NCBI RefSeq assembly: GCF_016433145.1
Contig: NC_058130.1
Coordinates: 187,702,416-187,766,415, forward strand
Length of the DNA stretch: 64,000 nt
Direction: 5' to 3'
From: Gracilinanus agilis
Lineage: Eukaryota
The notes under the pieces were generated by a model. That model was not told the DNA's origin and did no database searches. It saw only the letters and a list, made by a program, of their open reading frames with translations. Numbering within the stretch: the first letter of the stretch is position 1; each line of letters opens with the position of its first letter. This document shows positions 1-14,280 of this stretch, piece by piece. A program made the position numbers and the translations under genes.

Positions 1-90
1 TTCCTTTCCTTTCCTTTCCTTTCCTTTCCTTTCCTTTCCTTTCCTTTCCTTTCCTTTCCTTTCCTTTCCTTTCCTTTCCTTTCCTTTCCT
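1..90. repeat. (TTTCC)n pentanucleotide microsatellite, runs off the window start
   Basis: 18 perfect ttcct units read directly. Confidence 0.98.
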
Positions 91-224
91 CTTTAAATGT
101 ATGTCCCTGGCACTGAGCCTGAGCAGATGTTTCATAAAAGTTTATTGCCTACTAACTATTAACAGTCAAGGCTCAAAATGATCTTACTGAGCTATATATA
201 TATTTACCTAATTGATTAAGATTT

Positions 225-1195
225 AATTTAATGGGAACAAATCCTGTACTTGGGCTCAAAAAGGATGTCCACAAGTAACAGAAAGGATGAAGTAAGGCTA
301 GAGAGCAGTTCATCAGAAAATAATCCTGGGTTTTAGTTGACTATAAGGTCAACATGAGTCAACAGGGTGGTAGGACACCCAAGAAAGCTTAGGCTGCAGT
401 AAGAGAGACAAAGTAGCGTCCAGCCTCAGAGAGGCCAGAGTGGCATTGAACTCTGTCCTGGGCAGACAACACATGGAGCACTGTGTTCATTCAGTTCTGA
501 GTATTCTGGGTAGCTCATTTAGGAAGAGCCTAATACCCTTAAAAGTATTTAGAAAAGGGCAGCCAGGGTGACAAAAGGCCATTTATTTACTCAAGAAGAC
601 TCAGCTGAAGGAGCTGAAGATGTTTGGCCTGAGGAAGATGATGCTATATTGTCATCTTTCAGTTGTTTCAGTTGTGCCCGAATCTTTGTGACCCTATTTG
701 GGGTTTTCTTGGTAAAGACACTAGTGTGGCTTGCCATTTCCTTCTTGAGTTCATTTGACGGGTGAGAAAACTTGAAGCAAACAGGCTTAAGTGACTTGCC
801 CAGAGTCACACAGCTATTAAACGTCTGAGGCCGGATTTGTACTCAGAAAGATGAGTATTCCAGACTCCAAGTCCAGCACTGTATCCACTGCGCCACCTAG
901 CTGCCCCTAATGATAGGTGAAATTAGAGGGCTGCCATGTAGGAGAGGTATTAAACTTGTTCTGTGGGGCCCCAAAGGATAGAAATAAGAGAAATCAGTGG
1001 AATTTACAAAGCGGTAAACTGCCCACGGTTCGATATGAGAAACAGAAGCAGAATGAGATCTTCCCTGCAAGATAATGAGTTCTCATCCATTGGAAATCTT
1101 TAGGCAAAGAACCTGACTGCTTTTAAGATTTATTGTAGGGGAAATTCTTGCCCAGGTAGCAACTGACCTGGACAACTTCTGAGACCCTTTTTCAG
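225..1195 (+). mobile_element. Degraded CR1/L3 LINE 3' fragment, interrupted by a Mar1 SINE
   Basis: Typical CR1 tail text (tttaatgggaacaa...tcctgtacttggg; ttttagttgactataaggtcaacatgagtcaacag; ctgtgttcattcagttctg). Boundaries approximate. Confidence 0.6.
650..906 (-). mobile_element. Mar1-type CORE-SINE
   Basis: Reverse complement of the tRNA-like head (ccactgcgccacctagctgcccc), the CORE (aagtgacttgcccagagtcacacagct) and the RTE-like tail (gtgaccctatttggggttttcttgg). Confidence 0.85.
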
Positions 1196-2075
1196 TTGAA
1201 TCAATTGATTTAGTGAATTACTCGGTCTTTGAATTTAGAGTATATTACACAGGTTGGCTCTTGTGGAATAATGAAAATGTAAGTTTTGGCATTATTTACT
1301 AAATAGAGATGAATCTAAATGTTGTAACACATATTGCATTCTATTAGTCACATACTAAAGTTCTTTTATGTTCAAATAGTCAGTTCCTATCTATTATTTT
1401 TATTTAGCAATGATCAAAATAGAGGATCCTTTTACTAGTGTTCTACTGGATGAGAGACTTTTGGAAGAAGAACATTGGATTTGTTCTGTCTTTTTTAAGG
1501 AAGAGAAAAATGTTTTATGAAATATGTTCATTCAAAGCAGTATGCAAAGGGTCTGTGTTGTCAGGATGAAATCTGATTTTGATAGAAGGTAGACAATTTT
1601 CTTTAAATATTATCTGGGCTATGAATAGCGCCTAGATTTCCAGGATAGAGAAAGCCTTCAAACCCTCTTTTTTGCCCAGATAGAAGAACCTGGCAAGTAT
1701 TTCTTACTTTTTTTTTTTTATAGCATTATTTTTGTGGCAAGTGACCTGCTTTGCAGTTTTCCACCTGGCCTCCAGGAAGCAGCATCCTGAGAGATTTACA
1801 AAATGTGCTATATACTATTCCATCAGTCTGAGTTAGGTAAAATTTAAATTAAAAGGTAATCAGCCAAATCCAGAAATTGTTCTCTTCTTAATGTAAGGGT
1901 GAATTTTAATAAACAAGCCGGATAACTTTCAACTCTTTGCATTTAGAACATAAAATTGTAGCTGCTTTAATCTTTCTTAATTAACAACAACCCTAGAATT
2001 TATTTTAAAGATAAAGAAATTGTTTTCATAAAAATGGAAAGTCACTGTTTAATTTCATGAAGAATAGTTTGTCTA

Positions 2076-2450
<375 letters not shown>

Positions 2451-2654
2451 TCACTGGCATGTGAAAAAAAAAATCACAGTAAAGACTTTTGACATTGATC
2501 GCCTCTGGTTTAAGAAGACAGGACCAGAGGAAATTTAGATCTAAACTGTACAAGTCCAAATTTAAATAGATGTAGAGTTGAGAAAGTAGGACTTTATAGA
2601 CAGACCCTTTGCGATGGGTCTTTACCTCCATGAATTCCTAGCAGTTTGTCAACT

Positions 2655-2825
2655 GAGAGCTGAAAGAGCCCTTGTAAACAATTCAGTTCAAGCACGCAAT
2701 TTTCATATTTGGAAAGTGAGACCCAAATATTAATTGACTTGCCTATCTAGGCCACACAGGGCAAAAGTAACAGGCTGCAAACTCGACTTAGATCTTTGAC
2801 TCTAGATCCAGGTGTCTTTCAAGAA
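2655..2825 (-). mobile_element. Old MIR/MIR3-like SINE fragment
   Basis: Degenerate core ttttcatatttggaaagtgagaccc...ttgacttgcc...gatctttgactctagatccagg. Confidence 0.5.
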
Positions 2826-5810
2826 TATCACGCAGTTTGGGTTCTGAACTTATGACTTCATATCATGCAATAAGATGTGTGAAATAGCTGTACTTTGGTG
2901 TGAGGTTCTGAATGGGACAGGCATATACCAAAAAGATCCCGATGGCAAATATTTTCTGATGGTCAGCTCTCCCAGCTGTTATCCTAGATCATTCGTACTC
3001 ACACTCATATTGATTATATTATTTCTACCTCTGGTAGACATGAGATGAGGAGGAAAATATTTGAGAATGAAGATGATGTAAAAACAAAAGATATCAACAA
3101 AACTTGTTAACCAATTGACAAAAAAGTGTGTGCTAAAAGGTGTCAATGGGAAAACCCCTTCATTAATAAAGGTATCACTGTACTGAGCAGTCAGTTCTGT
3201 GACAGTTATAAATAACTAAGGGATTTAAACCAGCTGAGAATCATTTTGTGCAACAACTGTGGCAAAAGGAAATTCATTCCTAAGTTTTGAGAATGCACTG
3301 CCACAACTGTGCAGAGGAAAGCACAAAACTGATTGTCCGGAATGCTTTTACAATCAGACCTCTCAGAATTTTGAGAACTAGTTTGTTAGGTTTTACTGGT
3401 AAACAACAAAATCTTCTGCATTTTGCCAAAGAAGATAAAGAGCCTGCTGATGCTATTTCTGATTTAGGGTCTTTAATTAAGCAAAAATGTTTTCATAAGA
3501 TTATTTGAAAATGTGAATATAAATACGGTGGTACTGAAGCACGAGTACAGTTGGTGTACAATCACATTTTAATTACTTTACTAACGAGTATATTGGAAAA
3601 CAAATGCAGGGGGAAATATCCTTTACTTTTAGCGAATACTTCAGTCTTTGCCATCATTATCTATTCTTTTAACAGGACTTCCTAACCATCAACCACTATG
3701 TCTAATTTCAGGTCTCTGCCTTCCTTCCTATCCACTAGAGGATGCTAATAAATTGTTAAAGGGTTAAAATGTAGGCAGCAAAAAAGGAGAGCTGCAAAGG
3801 CGGCTGTGAGTAATCCACAAACTGGCTAATTAGCTCCTGAATAACTAAATGTTGGCTGCAATTGCCTTTTAGTCTTTGTGAAAGAACTAGGACTATTTAC
3901 TCCCTCATGAAACATTTGCCAAGTGCACATTTTATGACCAGCACTTATTTACTCTGGAAAATAAGGCAGAAGAATAGGGAGTTGGCTTATCATTACAATA
4001 TGTGGAACTTAAACCAGACTCAGGGAAGACTTTCTGGCAGAGAAAATTTGTTAAACATTATAATGAGCAATCTGAGAATCTAGCAATAGGATGGTCATAC
4101 CTGTCTGAATCAGCATTGCCTCAAGGTAATGGGATGGAGCAGATAGAGGCTGCTCTTTTAAGGTCCCCCTTTAGATCATGCATCCTATGAAATCTGTGCA
4201 TTTCATATATTTTTAAAAGGTTAAATTAATATATTTGAAATACTCCCAGTTTTTAAATAATGTACATAAACTGATCCTGTCAACTACAGCAAAGTTGATA
4301 GAAACTTTGCTGTCCTTGAATCTGCTGCTAGGAAAGTTTCCCCAGTCAATTTTTCTTAATAGTTTAATTTTGCTACTATTGGCTCACTCCTCATGAAAAC
4401 ATTGAAAGCCACTCTTGCCACCATTCATAAATAAGCTTTAATTTTTATTAGCTATGACAAGATACCTATTGAATTTAAAGGTAAAATACCATTCATCAGG
4501 ACCACTATGTTAATTAAGCTCTGCAAAAGGATTTCTAAACTAATAAAAGTTAGGCAACTATGATTACTGGTGTTGCAGCCAGATACTAAAGAAGTTAGGT
4601 GGCCACATCAGCTCTGAGTGAATGACATCAGAGAAACAGCTAAGACTCATGTGCCATCGTAGTCAGCAGTGAACTGGATGAAGTACAATATTTGGTCCCA
4701 ATCATTGACTCATTCACTGCCTAAATGTTATTTTCATTAACTTGAAGCTAACATGCAGTAAAAAGGCAATGTTTGGCGTTCTATTTCATTGCTCTGATTT
4801 TTCTTTTTGGATCTTGCTCACCAAGACCCTGTCCATGAAATTTTAGTAGCATTAAATATTGGTATAGAGACTCTCCAACATCCTTTTCCATGGTAAAACA
4901 CTGTTTTGAGTAGTTGATTTTAGTTGGCTCCAAAGACCTGATCTGACATACCAAACTAATTAGACAGAGATGTTTACTTAAAAAGATAAATATCCAATGA
5001 ACTCTACTAATTCTTCACTAAGCCACAAAAAAAGGGAAGAACGTGACAGGGTCAGCACCTTAGCATGTTGCCTGCCCACAGCAGGTACCTAATAAATGTT
5101 TATTAACTATCCAAATTAAAAGGGTAGCAATTAAGAAGCTGTAACTTTGAGAGGTGAGGTGAGCTCAAGTAATAGCAAATTGGCCTGCATATAAAGTGCT
5201 AGCAGTCCAAAACATTCTTAAAATTTATACCTACTATTACCTTTTAAAATATTCTTCACTGTATGCCAAAGAATCTTTTTGTTGAGGAAGGCTTTCTGAC
5301 ACCTTCACATATTTTAAATTTTATTTTAGAATCATCAAGTTAAATGTAATAAATCAAAATTGCAGTGTAGTTATCCTATTAAAAATAGCAACTATCACAC
5401 TACCCCACCTCACCCCCAAAATAAAGGTGATAACTTTAAACCTTAGATTAAATTACCTGGGACAAAATTTAGGGACTATATTTTCAAAAATGGAACTTTT
5501 AAAACAATCTTGCTTTTGATGATTTTTCTAAACAAATCATCAAGCAGAATTTCATAAACCAGAGCCTCCTTTGGCAAAGAAGACACCAAGGAAAGGATGT
5601 TAAGGCTAAGGAGAAGCAGTGTTGATGAATCTCTGACTTGGTTCTCTAAAGATTATCCATGCCATGAGTAACCAGAGCTCCAAGGTGTCACCTCTCAAAG
5701 ATGATCTAGCTATCTGTTGGGCGCTTTCACTTTTGGAAAAAGAGTCTCTCTGCTCTTTTTCTTCCCATTTTGTCCTATAGAGACAACAGCTACAACTAAT
5801 CTTTTCTCTA

Positions 5811-6116
<306 letters not shown>

Positions 6117-6149
6117 CTATCTCCTTCTGCTGAAATACTGACTTGAAAT

Positions 6150-7020
6150 GACAGAATCTCAGAGTTAGAAAGGAAATCAAAAGCCATCTAGATCAACTTA
6201 TATGTGAACAGGAATGTTCTCTACCACATACTCTACAAGAATCCTTTTTTTGTTCCTCCATAGAGTAGCACAGTGCCTGGCACACAGGAGCCACTTAATA
6301 AATCCATAAATAAATATTTTTCTTACTTGATAAGCTGTCATTTAGCATTTGCTTGACTACCTCCAGTGAAGAGGATCTCATTAGCTCCCAAGGTGTCTCT
6401 TTCTATTTGGGATAGCTCTACCTACTAAGAGTTTTTCCTTATATCAAGTCTAAATTTGCCTCTTTGCAATGTCTATCCCATTTTCTTATCTCTGCCTTCT
6501 AAGGCATCATTGAGGCTGTGGCCCACAGGGGTCCTTTAAATACTTGAAAACAGCTTTTTTCTATGCTTTCTTTTCTCTGGGATTTGTTGTTCACTTGTTT
6601 TTATACATGCTAACTCTTTGTGACCCCATTTGGGCTTTTCTTGGCAAAAATGCTGTAATGTTTCCATTTCCTTCTCCAGCTCATTTTACAGATGAGGAAA
6701 CTGAGACTAGCGAGGTTAAGTGACTTGCCCCGGGTCATACAGCTAGTGTCTGAGGTCATATTTGAAGTCAGGAAGATGAATCCTCCTGACTCAAGGCTCC
6801 ATCCATTGCACCATGTAGCTGCCTCTTATCTAGAATAGATATTCCAAATTCCTTCAACCTATCTTTACATGGCATAATCTCTCAGGCCTTTACCATTATG
6901 GCCTCTCTCCTCTAAATATTCTCCAGCTTACTAAATTTCCCTCCCAAAATATGGTACCCAAAACTGAACATAATTCTTCAGATATGGATTGACTAGGACA
7001 GAGCACAGCAGCATTACTCC
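6150..7020 (-). mobile_element. CR1/L3 LINE fragment, interrupted by an L2 tail (~6255-6325) and a Mar1 SINE
   Basis: Reverse-complement CR1 3' text (cagaatctcagagttagaaagg...atctagatcaac; cctccagtgaagaggatctc; atggtacccaaaactgaacataattcttcagatatgg). Confidence 0.65.
6583..6826 (-). mobile_element. Mar1-type CORE-SINE
   Basis: tttgtgaccccatttgggcttttcttggc...ccatttccttctccagctcattttacagatgaggaaactgag...gtagctgcctc. Confidence 0.85.
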
Positions 7021-7714
7021 CTCCTAAAAGGTAAATAAAATACCTTCTTTTATCTTGTATTACCAATATAGTCAATATTTTCTAAAGCAAGTGTGTTAAA
7101 AAACATATATATGTAGAAAAAATACTTGTCACCTAAGTTCAAATTTTACTTTGATAATAGCTTTGTGTACTTAGAAAAGTCATTTGTCTTTGAGACTCAA
7201 ATAAGTGACCATGATTTATTTATTATAGATGGAATATAATTTGCTCATAGATTTTTAGATACATGAAATGTCAACAAGGTATTCAAGGGTGGAAGGCAGG
7301 GGAAGGGAATCCTGGGGTGGGAGGTAGGGAACAAGCAATGGCCTTTTCTCCCAGAAACCCTATGAGATCAGTAGTATGAGTATTAAAACCCCCATTTTAA
7401 AGATTAGGACATGCAGGCTTTGACAAGTTAAGCCTGGTGTCCCAGCCTCTGGGGCCCTTATAGTCTATGATTTACAGTTAAGAAAAAGTATAAAAGTTAA
7501 GGCATTTCTAAGGCAAATCTTAGTTTCCAACTTGAAAAAAAGTCACAAGTGCCATATTCCCAAATTTTTGAGGCAAAATTGTCTTCCACCTATGTATGAG
7601 CACTTTTGAATAGGAAATAAAAGATAGTCTAGGTCATAAGAAGATATTATTGTGAGTTATATGAGAGTACACAGTTTTCTTTATAAACACTGCTAATTAA
7701 AAGTCAAGGAAGAG

Positions 7715-7905
7715 GGGCAGCTGGGTAGCTCAGTGGATTGAGAGCCAGGCCTAGAGACAAGGAGGTCCTAGGTTCAAATCTGGCCTCAGACACTTCCCAG
7801 CTGTGTGACCCTGGGCAAGTCACTTGACCCCCATTGCCTACCCTTACCAATCTTCCACCTATAAGTCAATACACAGAAGTTAAGGGTTTAAAATTAAAAA
7901 AAAAA
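7715..7905 (+). mobile_element. Young opossum SINE1 (SINE1_Mdo type), short-tail variant
   Basis: ggggcagctgggtagctcagtggattgagagccaggcctagag head, A tail, TSD tcaaggaagag at 7704-7714 and 7906-7916. Confidence 0.93.
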
Positions 7906-9891
7906 TCAAGGAAGAGATTAAGGAATAAAATACTAAAAGACTAAAACTTAAAAGAATCAAGTTACCATCAAAGTCAAGATCACAACGAGGGTGAGATCAC
8001 AATTAGTTGCTTATTATTTCTGTTCTCATTATTTAGTAAGAATTAAAGGTATCTTAATGGAAAAAGAAAATTCTAAACATTATTTTCAGTAAGGAAAAAC
8101 TTAGAACATGAATTGTCACTTAGTGAATCACTTGTATCAAAATTTCAGTTTACCATCTGTAAAACAGTTAATATTTAAACACAAGTGCTTATTAGCACAA
8201 TGCTTGGTATATAATAGGAACAAAATAAAATGTTTATTAATTGATTAATTTAATTATAATTAAAATCCTTTTATTATAGATTCCAAAGAGTTACCTAAAT
8301 TCTTTGGTGGTATTTGTTGTCTTAAAATAATTGGAGTATCTTTTTAGTATTCAAAAGTGTTTTGGGCAGTGTTATTGGCTTCTTGATAGGGGGTTAAGGG
8401 TGCAAGATGTTATTTTAAAAGATTCTTTGCAGTAGTTTAAGTGTGATTCCCATAATTTATCCAAATATGCCAACAAATAGCAACAATTGCACGAAGCATA
8501 CAAATTAGCAATTCCTTTATTTAGCTATGGCATCAAAGTCAATGAAAGACCATCAGAACCAAAGATAGAATAGCCAATTTTAATATTACATTGTGTATAT
8601 TCATTTACTCAATAAACATAGATTAAGAATCTGTCATGTTCCAGACCCCAGCTAAGCACTGGTTTTTAAATATTACATATTTGTATGTGTGTGTCTATAA
8701 ACACACACAAAGTCTTAGAGATGATGACATCTGTTTTCTGGAAGCAGAAATGAAAAACTTTGCAGCTGTGTGGGTAGAAGGGCCAAGAGTTCACCTGGCA
8801 TGTATTAGAATAAAATCTTGAATAACTGAGAAATCATGGCATGGATAAAATACATATGGCCACAATGAAACTAACCAGATTCTTCTACCAAAATCGCCAA
8901 TAGGTTCTCAATGTAGCATAAGAACTGAAAAATTAAAAGAAATCACAAAACTTACTACCTGATATCAATCAGCAGAAGCAAAGAGTTCAATCATATTTTA
9001 TGATAAACATTACTAGGATGAAGCTTTGATTGTAAAAACTAGAAAAACATCTTATTTAACTTTTCATAATGCAGAGACATAGCATTTCATTGTGAGGCTC
9101 TGGTTTTATGCACCCTTGACAAATGCAGATGATGGCAAAGCATTTTAAATTGGCATCTTTGGTGATAATCAGCTCATCTCTATCCTTTTCAGAGGCAAAC
9201 CAGTTACTCTATAAGGATGTCATCCAGACCAAATTACTAGTTATAGACAGCATAGGATTTACTATGTTCATTAGTAAAAGCTGCATTTGTTTCCTTTTCT
9301 TGTACTTTGTGGTGCAGAACATAGCCAGTTACAAAGAGACAACTGACGGTGGTCACATCTGTGAAGGATATTAGAAAATACATAGGAGTGAACATTTATG
9401 TGGTATCCCCAAAGTTCCAGTGCAGTTTCATGCTGTTTGACTTTTTGGTGTCCCAAACTGCAATGAGGCTTTTGGAACAATTCAGAACTTATTAACATAA
9501 GAATAAATGTCAAATTGGTATTTAGTTGTTGTTGGAAAACTTTCTCTTTTGTTAGAAATTTTGCCATTCCCATTTCCTTAAGAAAAATACAAAAACATCC
9601 TTTTCAGTGAGCTAACAACCATAAATAACTACTGCAATTAAATATATTCATTCATTTATTTCAAGAAGAGATCCTACTAGGATTGAGTATTTAACTTTAG
9701 CTTTTACATTTTTTTTTCTTAAGTTAGAATCTGAAACTGGAAACTTTTCTTTCTCCTCAAAATTTTAATTTTAAATGTTTAGTTACCATTTAAGCAAATA
9801 GTATATAAAGTAAATAATACTAAAGCATTTAAAATGAATTTTTTTAGTATTTTAAGTATTTTTAAGTATTTTAAAATGTTTTATGTAGTAA

Positions 9892-10140
9892 GGTCAGCTA
9901 GGTAGCACAATGGATAGAGTGTTGCACTTGGAGTCAGGGAGATTAATCTCTCTGATTTCATATCTGGTCTCTGACACTGTTTGATCCTGGGCAAGACATT
10001 TAACCCTGTTTAACTCAGGTTCCTCATTTGTAAAATCAACTGGAGAACGAAATGTCAAACCACTCCAATATCTCTGCCAAGAATACCTCCAATGGGGTCA
10101 CAAAGTGTCAGATACAACTGAAAACAACTGAAAAACAAAA
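9892..10140 (+). mobile_element. Mar1-type CORE-SINE
   Basis: ggtcagctaggtagcacaatggatagag head, CORE, and tail aatggggtcacaaagtgtcagatacaactgaaaacaactgaaaaac. Confidence 0.85.
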
Positions 10141-12922
10141 AATATCTACTAAATATATACACTTAAAATTCTGTGTTAGACAAATGAGTGTATCTTTCCA
10201 GAGGCATGAATCAGAATTGCTCAATTAATCAAAAGAAACAAAGCCTGGCAGTTTATAATATTTCTAAAATATCATCTCCTTTCTTTGATTCCCTTAACTT
10301 AGTTTACTAAAGGATAAAACTTTTGACTTACTATTAAGAAAGAAATGAAGGATTGGGAAAACTTAGATCCTAGAGAAAATGTACATAGTCCTAGGAAATC
10401 ACTCAACTGAACAAAGAGAAATCCCTCTAGCTGCTTCTTAGACATTAACACCTTTGTTACAAGCGAAGCAAGAAAACAGGTTTCTCTCCTTCTAGAAGAA
10501 TTCATTCCAAGGGCCCTTCTTTTTCAGAGTGAAGGCATCCAAAATCAACTTGTTAGTGATATTTCACAGTAAAGAATTGGATATTTGTGAAAGGGAAAAG
10601 ATGAAATGTTATGAATTTCTAGGTGCCACAACAATTCTTAGGATATGAAAAAGTATCAGAATTAATAATGGAATTTCCTTAAAATGGAAAGTCCAAAACA
10701 AGGGACTTTTTTCATTTTCAAAGAATGGATGGAAGTCAAAACAAGAAAAAATGAAAGATATTAAATGAAAATAGTCAAAGGATGGTATTAGATTGTAACT
10801 GAACTTTGTGATATACCTGTAAACTTAATATATTAGCCTTTTTAGATCATATATTTCCTCAATATTATTCTTACATCATTTATTGGACATATGCTGTCAA
10901 TGGAAATATTATCTACTAACAAAAAAGAATGAAAATAAATATATTAACAATAACATAGTATTAATAATTATTAATTTATTCAACAAACAATTATTAAGTA
11001 CCTATTATATTCCAGGCACTGTACAATTAATGTTTTTAGTAATTTCTCTTTCTATTCCTAGTTTTCTTTTCCTATTTCTTTTTTGTCCTTCCCTATTTCT
11101 AATTTTCCTTTCCTATTACTAATTGCTATTTTCCATTCCTAATTTTCCTAGCCTAGTAGCTAGGACTCTGAGCAGTCACATGCCTTCTCAGGATTTAAAA
11201 CTACAATGTAGATTCTGTTTACAGAGAAAGTCTGCTCTTTGAGAGTTTCTGATACCAATGAAATCATAGCCCATGTCTTCCCCCAAATTGTCAACTGTCT
11301 TATTTTTTAATGTAAAAACTGTAATTTCCTCTATTATCCTACAGCAGCAATCCAAACTGTGACCAAGCCCACAACCATATGCCATTATTTAATCAATCCT
11401 CAGATTCATATAACATCCTGCTGTTTATAAAATGTTAAAGTTTATATTTCCTTTATCTTCACTATGGCTACTCCAAAGCCACTGAACAATTTAGGACTAT
11501 ATTTCCAAATCTTCTTTATTAATTCAATAATCAGGAGTTTTCATTTTACTTTTTAAGTCTAACATCCTTTTATGTTGGTGGTATAAGACTGAAAGTAATA
11601 TGGTATGAAAGTAAAATAATAAAGTAATATGGTCATAAGAGATTTGTCCTATTTTAAAATATAATTAGCTTAGCAACAGGTTGTATCCAAGAAAAAAAGA
11701 AAAAGCTTGCTTATTCTTGTGGGAAAACGTATTCTGAGTGCCAAACAACTTGCTTACAGTATTAACACTGTATCATAGGTTGCCGGATGAGTCCATAAAA
11801 GTTGATTAACCCATGATGGACCTGACGTATGATGCTGTATTAGCATTATGGGACCTCAGCATCCTGTGTCATTATGCTTTGTTGGAAAGATGCATTCAAG
11901 GCAATGTTTTTCCCCCACAAGCAGTCGAATCAGGATCACTTCCTCTGGGTTTCCCTACACTTGCCAGGCAGTGGAAGACAGGGATTCCCTCATTCTCACG
12001 TCACTGGTATTTACTCCTCATGTTCCTCAGCAAAGGTTCTGCAGCACAGGGGCTACAGAGAGAGGCTAAGGGAAGAGGGTAAAACAGAAGGTCCAGGATA
12101 AGGAGTTGGAGTGGTCAGTTCTAAAATCAGGAGGAATATTTCCTGGGCTAGAGGCTTCTACATTATCCCTTTTAGTTTGTTTTCAACAGAGCAAGGGACT
12201 ATGGTGAACTCATTTCTATTCTGCAGGCAACATTATATTTTCCTATTGAGGTTTCTCTTTTCCCTGGCTCCCTGGAGAATAAAAGCCTCATGACATCTTC
12301 CTATTGCTAAAGAAGCATACTACACTACTTGAAAGCATCAAAGGTTTGTTAGTGCTAATGCCAGCACAATGATGGGCTTTCCTTTGATTACTCCACCACT
12401 TCCTGATAGTTTTTCATTTTAGGGGAAAACGAGTCTCATCTCCAGGTGTGAACAGGGGGCAAAAAGGAAAGGAAAAGTTCACCAACTGCCTCATAATGCC
12501 TTGGTATGTCAGGGATATTTGCAAGAATGGTAGTTCCTATAAAGCACTCGATTTGTCTATGTAAAAGAAGGTCTTAAATAACGGATGAAATTCTACATTG
12601 ACAAGTCAGGGTCTAGCATTTCATAGACTTGAAACATACTGACCACTGCTGGGAAATGTCAAGGCTTGGCAGAAGACAAACAAGGGAACACGGTAGATAA
12701 TGGGGATCCTTAAAAACAACTTTTTAAATTATTTGTGAATGATGTGGGTTGACTTAAATGAAAGATTTTGGCAAGATGAACAGCTGTGCCCATTATTTTC
12801 ATTTTGCTTATATTAAGGTAGGAGGAGTAAAAATTGCCACTGAGAACAAAAGCAGTCAACAAGTTAATTCTTTGCCACCTTTTTTCCCTTTTTTGATGGA
12901 GCTTGACTTTTAATGTTGGTTA

Positions 12923-13174
<252 letters not shown>

Positions 13175-13743
13175 TCAGTCAGTCCATAAAAAACTTATCA
13201 CTTGTTTTCTGCATGCCAAACAATAGGCTAAGCCTCCAAATACCTGTTCTACTAAGGCTTCTTTGTTCCAATCGACAAAAATCATGTGTTTAAGATGGGA
13301 AAATGGCCCAGATATTACACTGCTTTTCTTGGCTGGCCTCAAAATACTCAAACATTCCATTCAAGAAAGGCAAAGGAAAAGGGATCCATTTTTCCCCTTC
13401 TTCCAATTACATTATTGCTTTGTGACATGATTATTTGAAAAGTCTCTGGGAAGCATGTAGACCTTTGTTTACTGGGAAAAACTTAGTGGATTCAGTTATT
13501 TCTACATTCCCTAGTCAATCAATTTTCCTTTTCCATTATGATGGATTGTGATGGGTTACTAAGAATTGATTAGAGGGTCTCTTTGATTCTCTTCTTTGAT
13601 AACTTCTGCACCTCCTAGCAGGAGATAAGAGTATTAGAGGCTAGCAAAATGTAGGTACTTATTTTTTAAGATGGGTAAATTTTCTCTGTCAAGAAATGCA
13701 GAAAAGTTGAAATGTTGAGGAAAGAAGAAATCATTAGACTTAC

Positions 13744-13790
13744 CCATTGATAACCCCACTTGAGTAGCCCAGATGCTCAGCAAAGGATTC
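13744..13790 (-). CDS. SMARCA2: SMARCA2 exon 22 (47 nt): ESFAEHLGYSSGVIN(G)
   Basis: Acceptor cttatttaAG|GAA, donor AAT GG|GTaagt, phase 0/2. Confidence 0.97.
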
Positions 13791-14094
13791 CTTAAATAAG
13801 AATAAAAGATGAATGCTTTAGCTTAATTTGAACAGAGGACTTAGTGGTCACTATGTGCAAACTTATTTGTCAATTCACTTTGACATTCTTTCCTAGCATA
13901 GACTAGAAAAATAATTCAAAGGAAAAGTAGCATTGATCCATATGGTACCACCAAAGTCTAGCCACGATTCTGCAGCAACTCATATGACTTTGGGCTCATT
14001 ACTTTTCTGCAATTCAACATCCTTTATGTATGATGGGTGTTTCCACTTTATATCTTATATATTTTAATAATAATGATGATGATGGTGGTGGTGA

Positions 14095-14280
14095 TAGCTA
14101 ATATTTATATTGTACTTTGTGCTAAGAGCTTTATAATTATTTGATCCTCACAACATCTCTGCAAGTTGGTGATATTATTATCTCCATTTCACAGATGAGA
14201 AAACTAGGAAACAGGGGCTAAATCACTTACCCAGGGTCATAAAGCTAATAAGTGTCCAAAGCTGGATTTGAGCTCAGGTG
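14095..14280 (-). mobile_element. MIR SINE
   Basis: atagctaatatttatattgtactttg...tattatctccatttcacagatgagaaaact...cacttacccagggtcat...ggatttgagctcagg. Confidence 0.75.
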
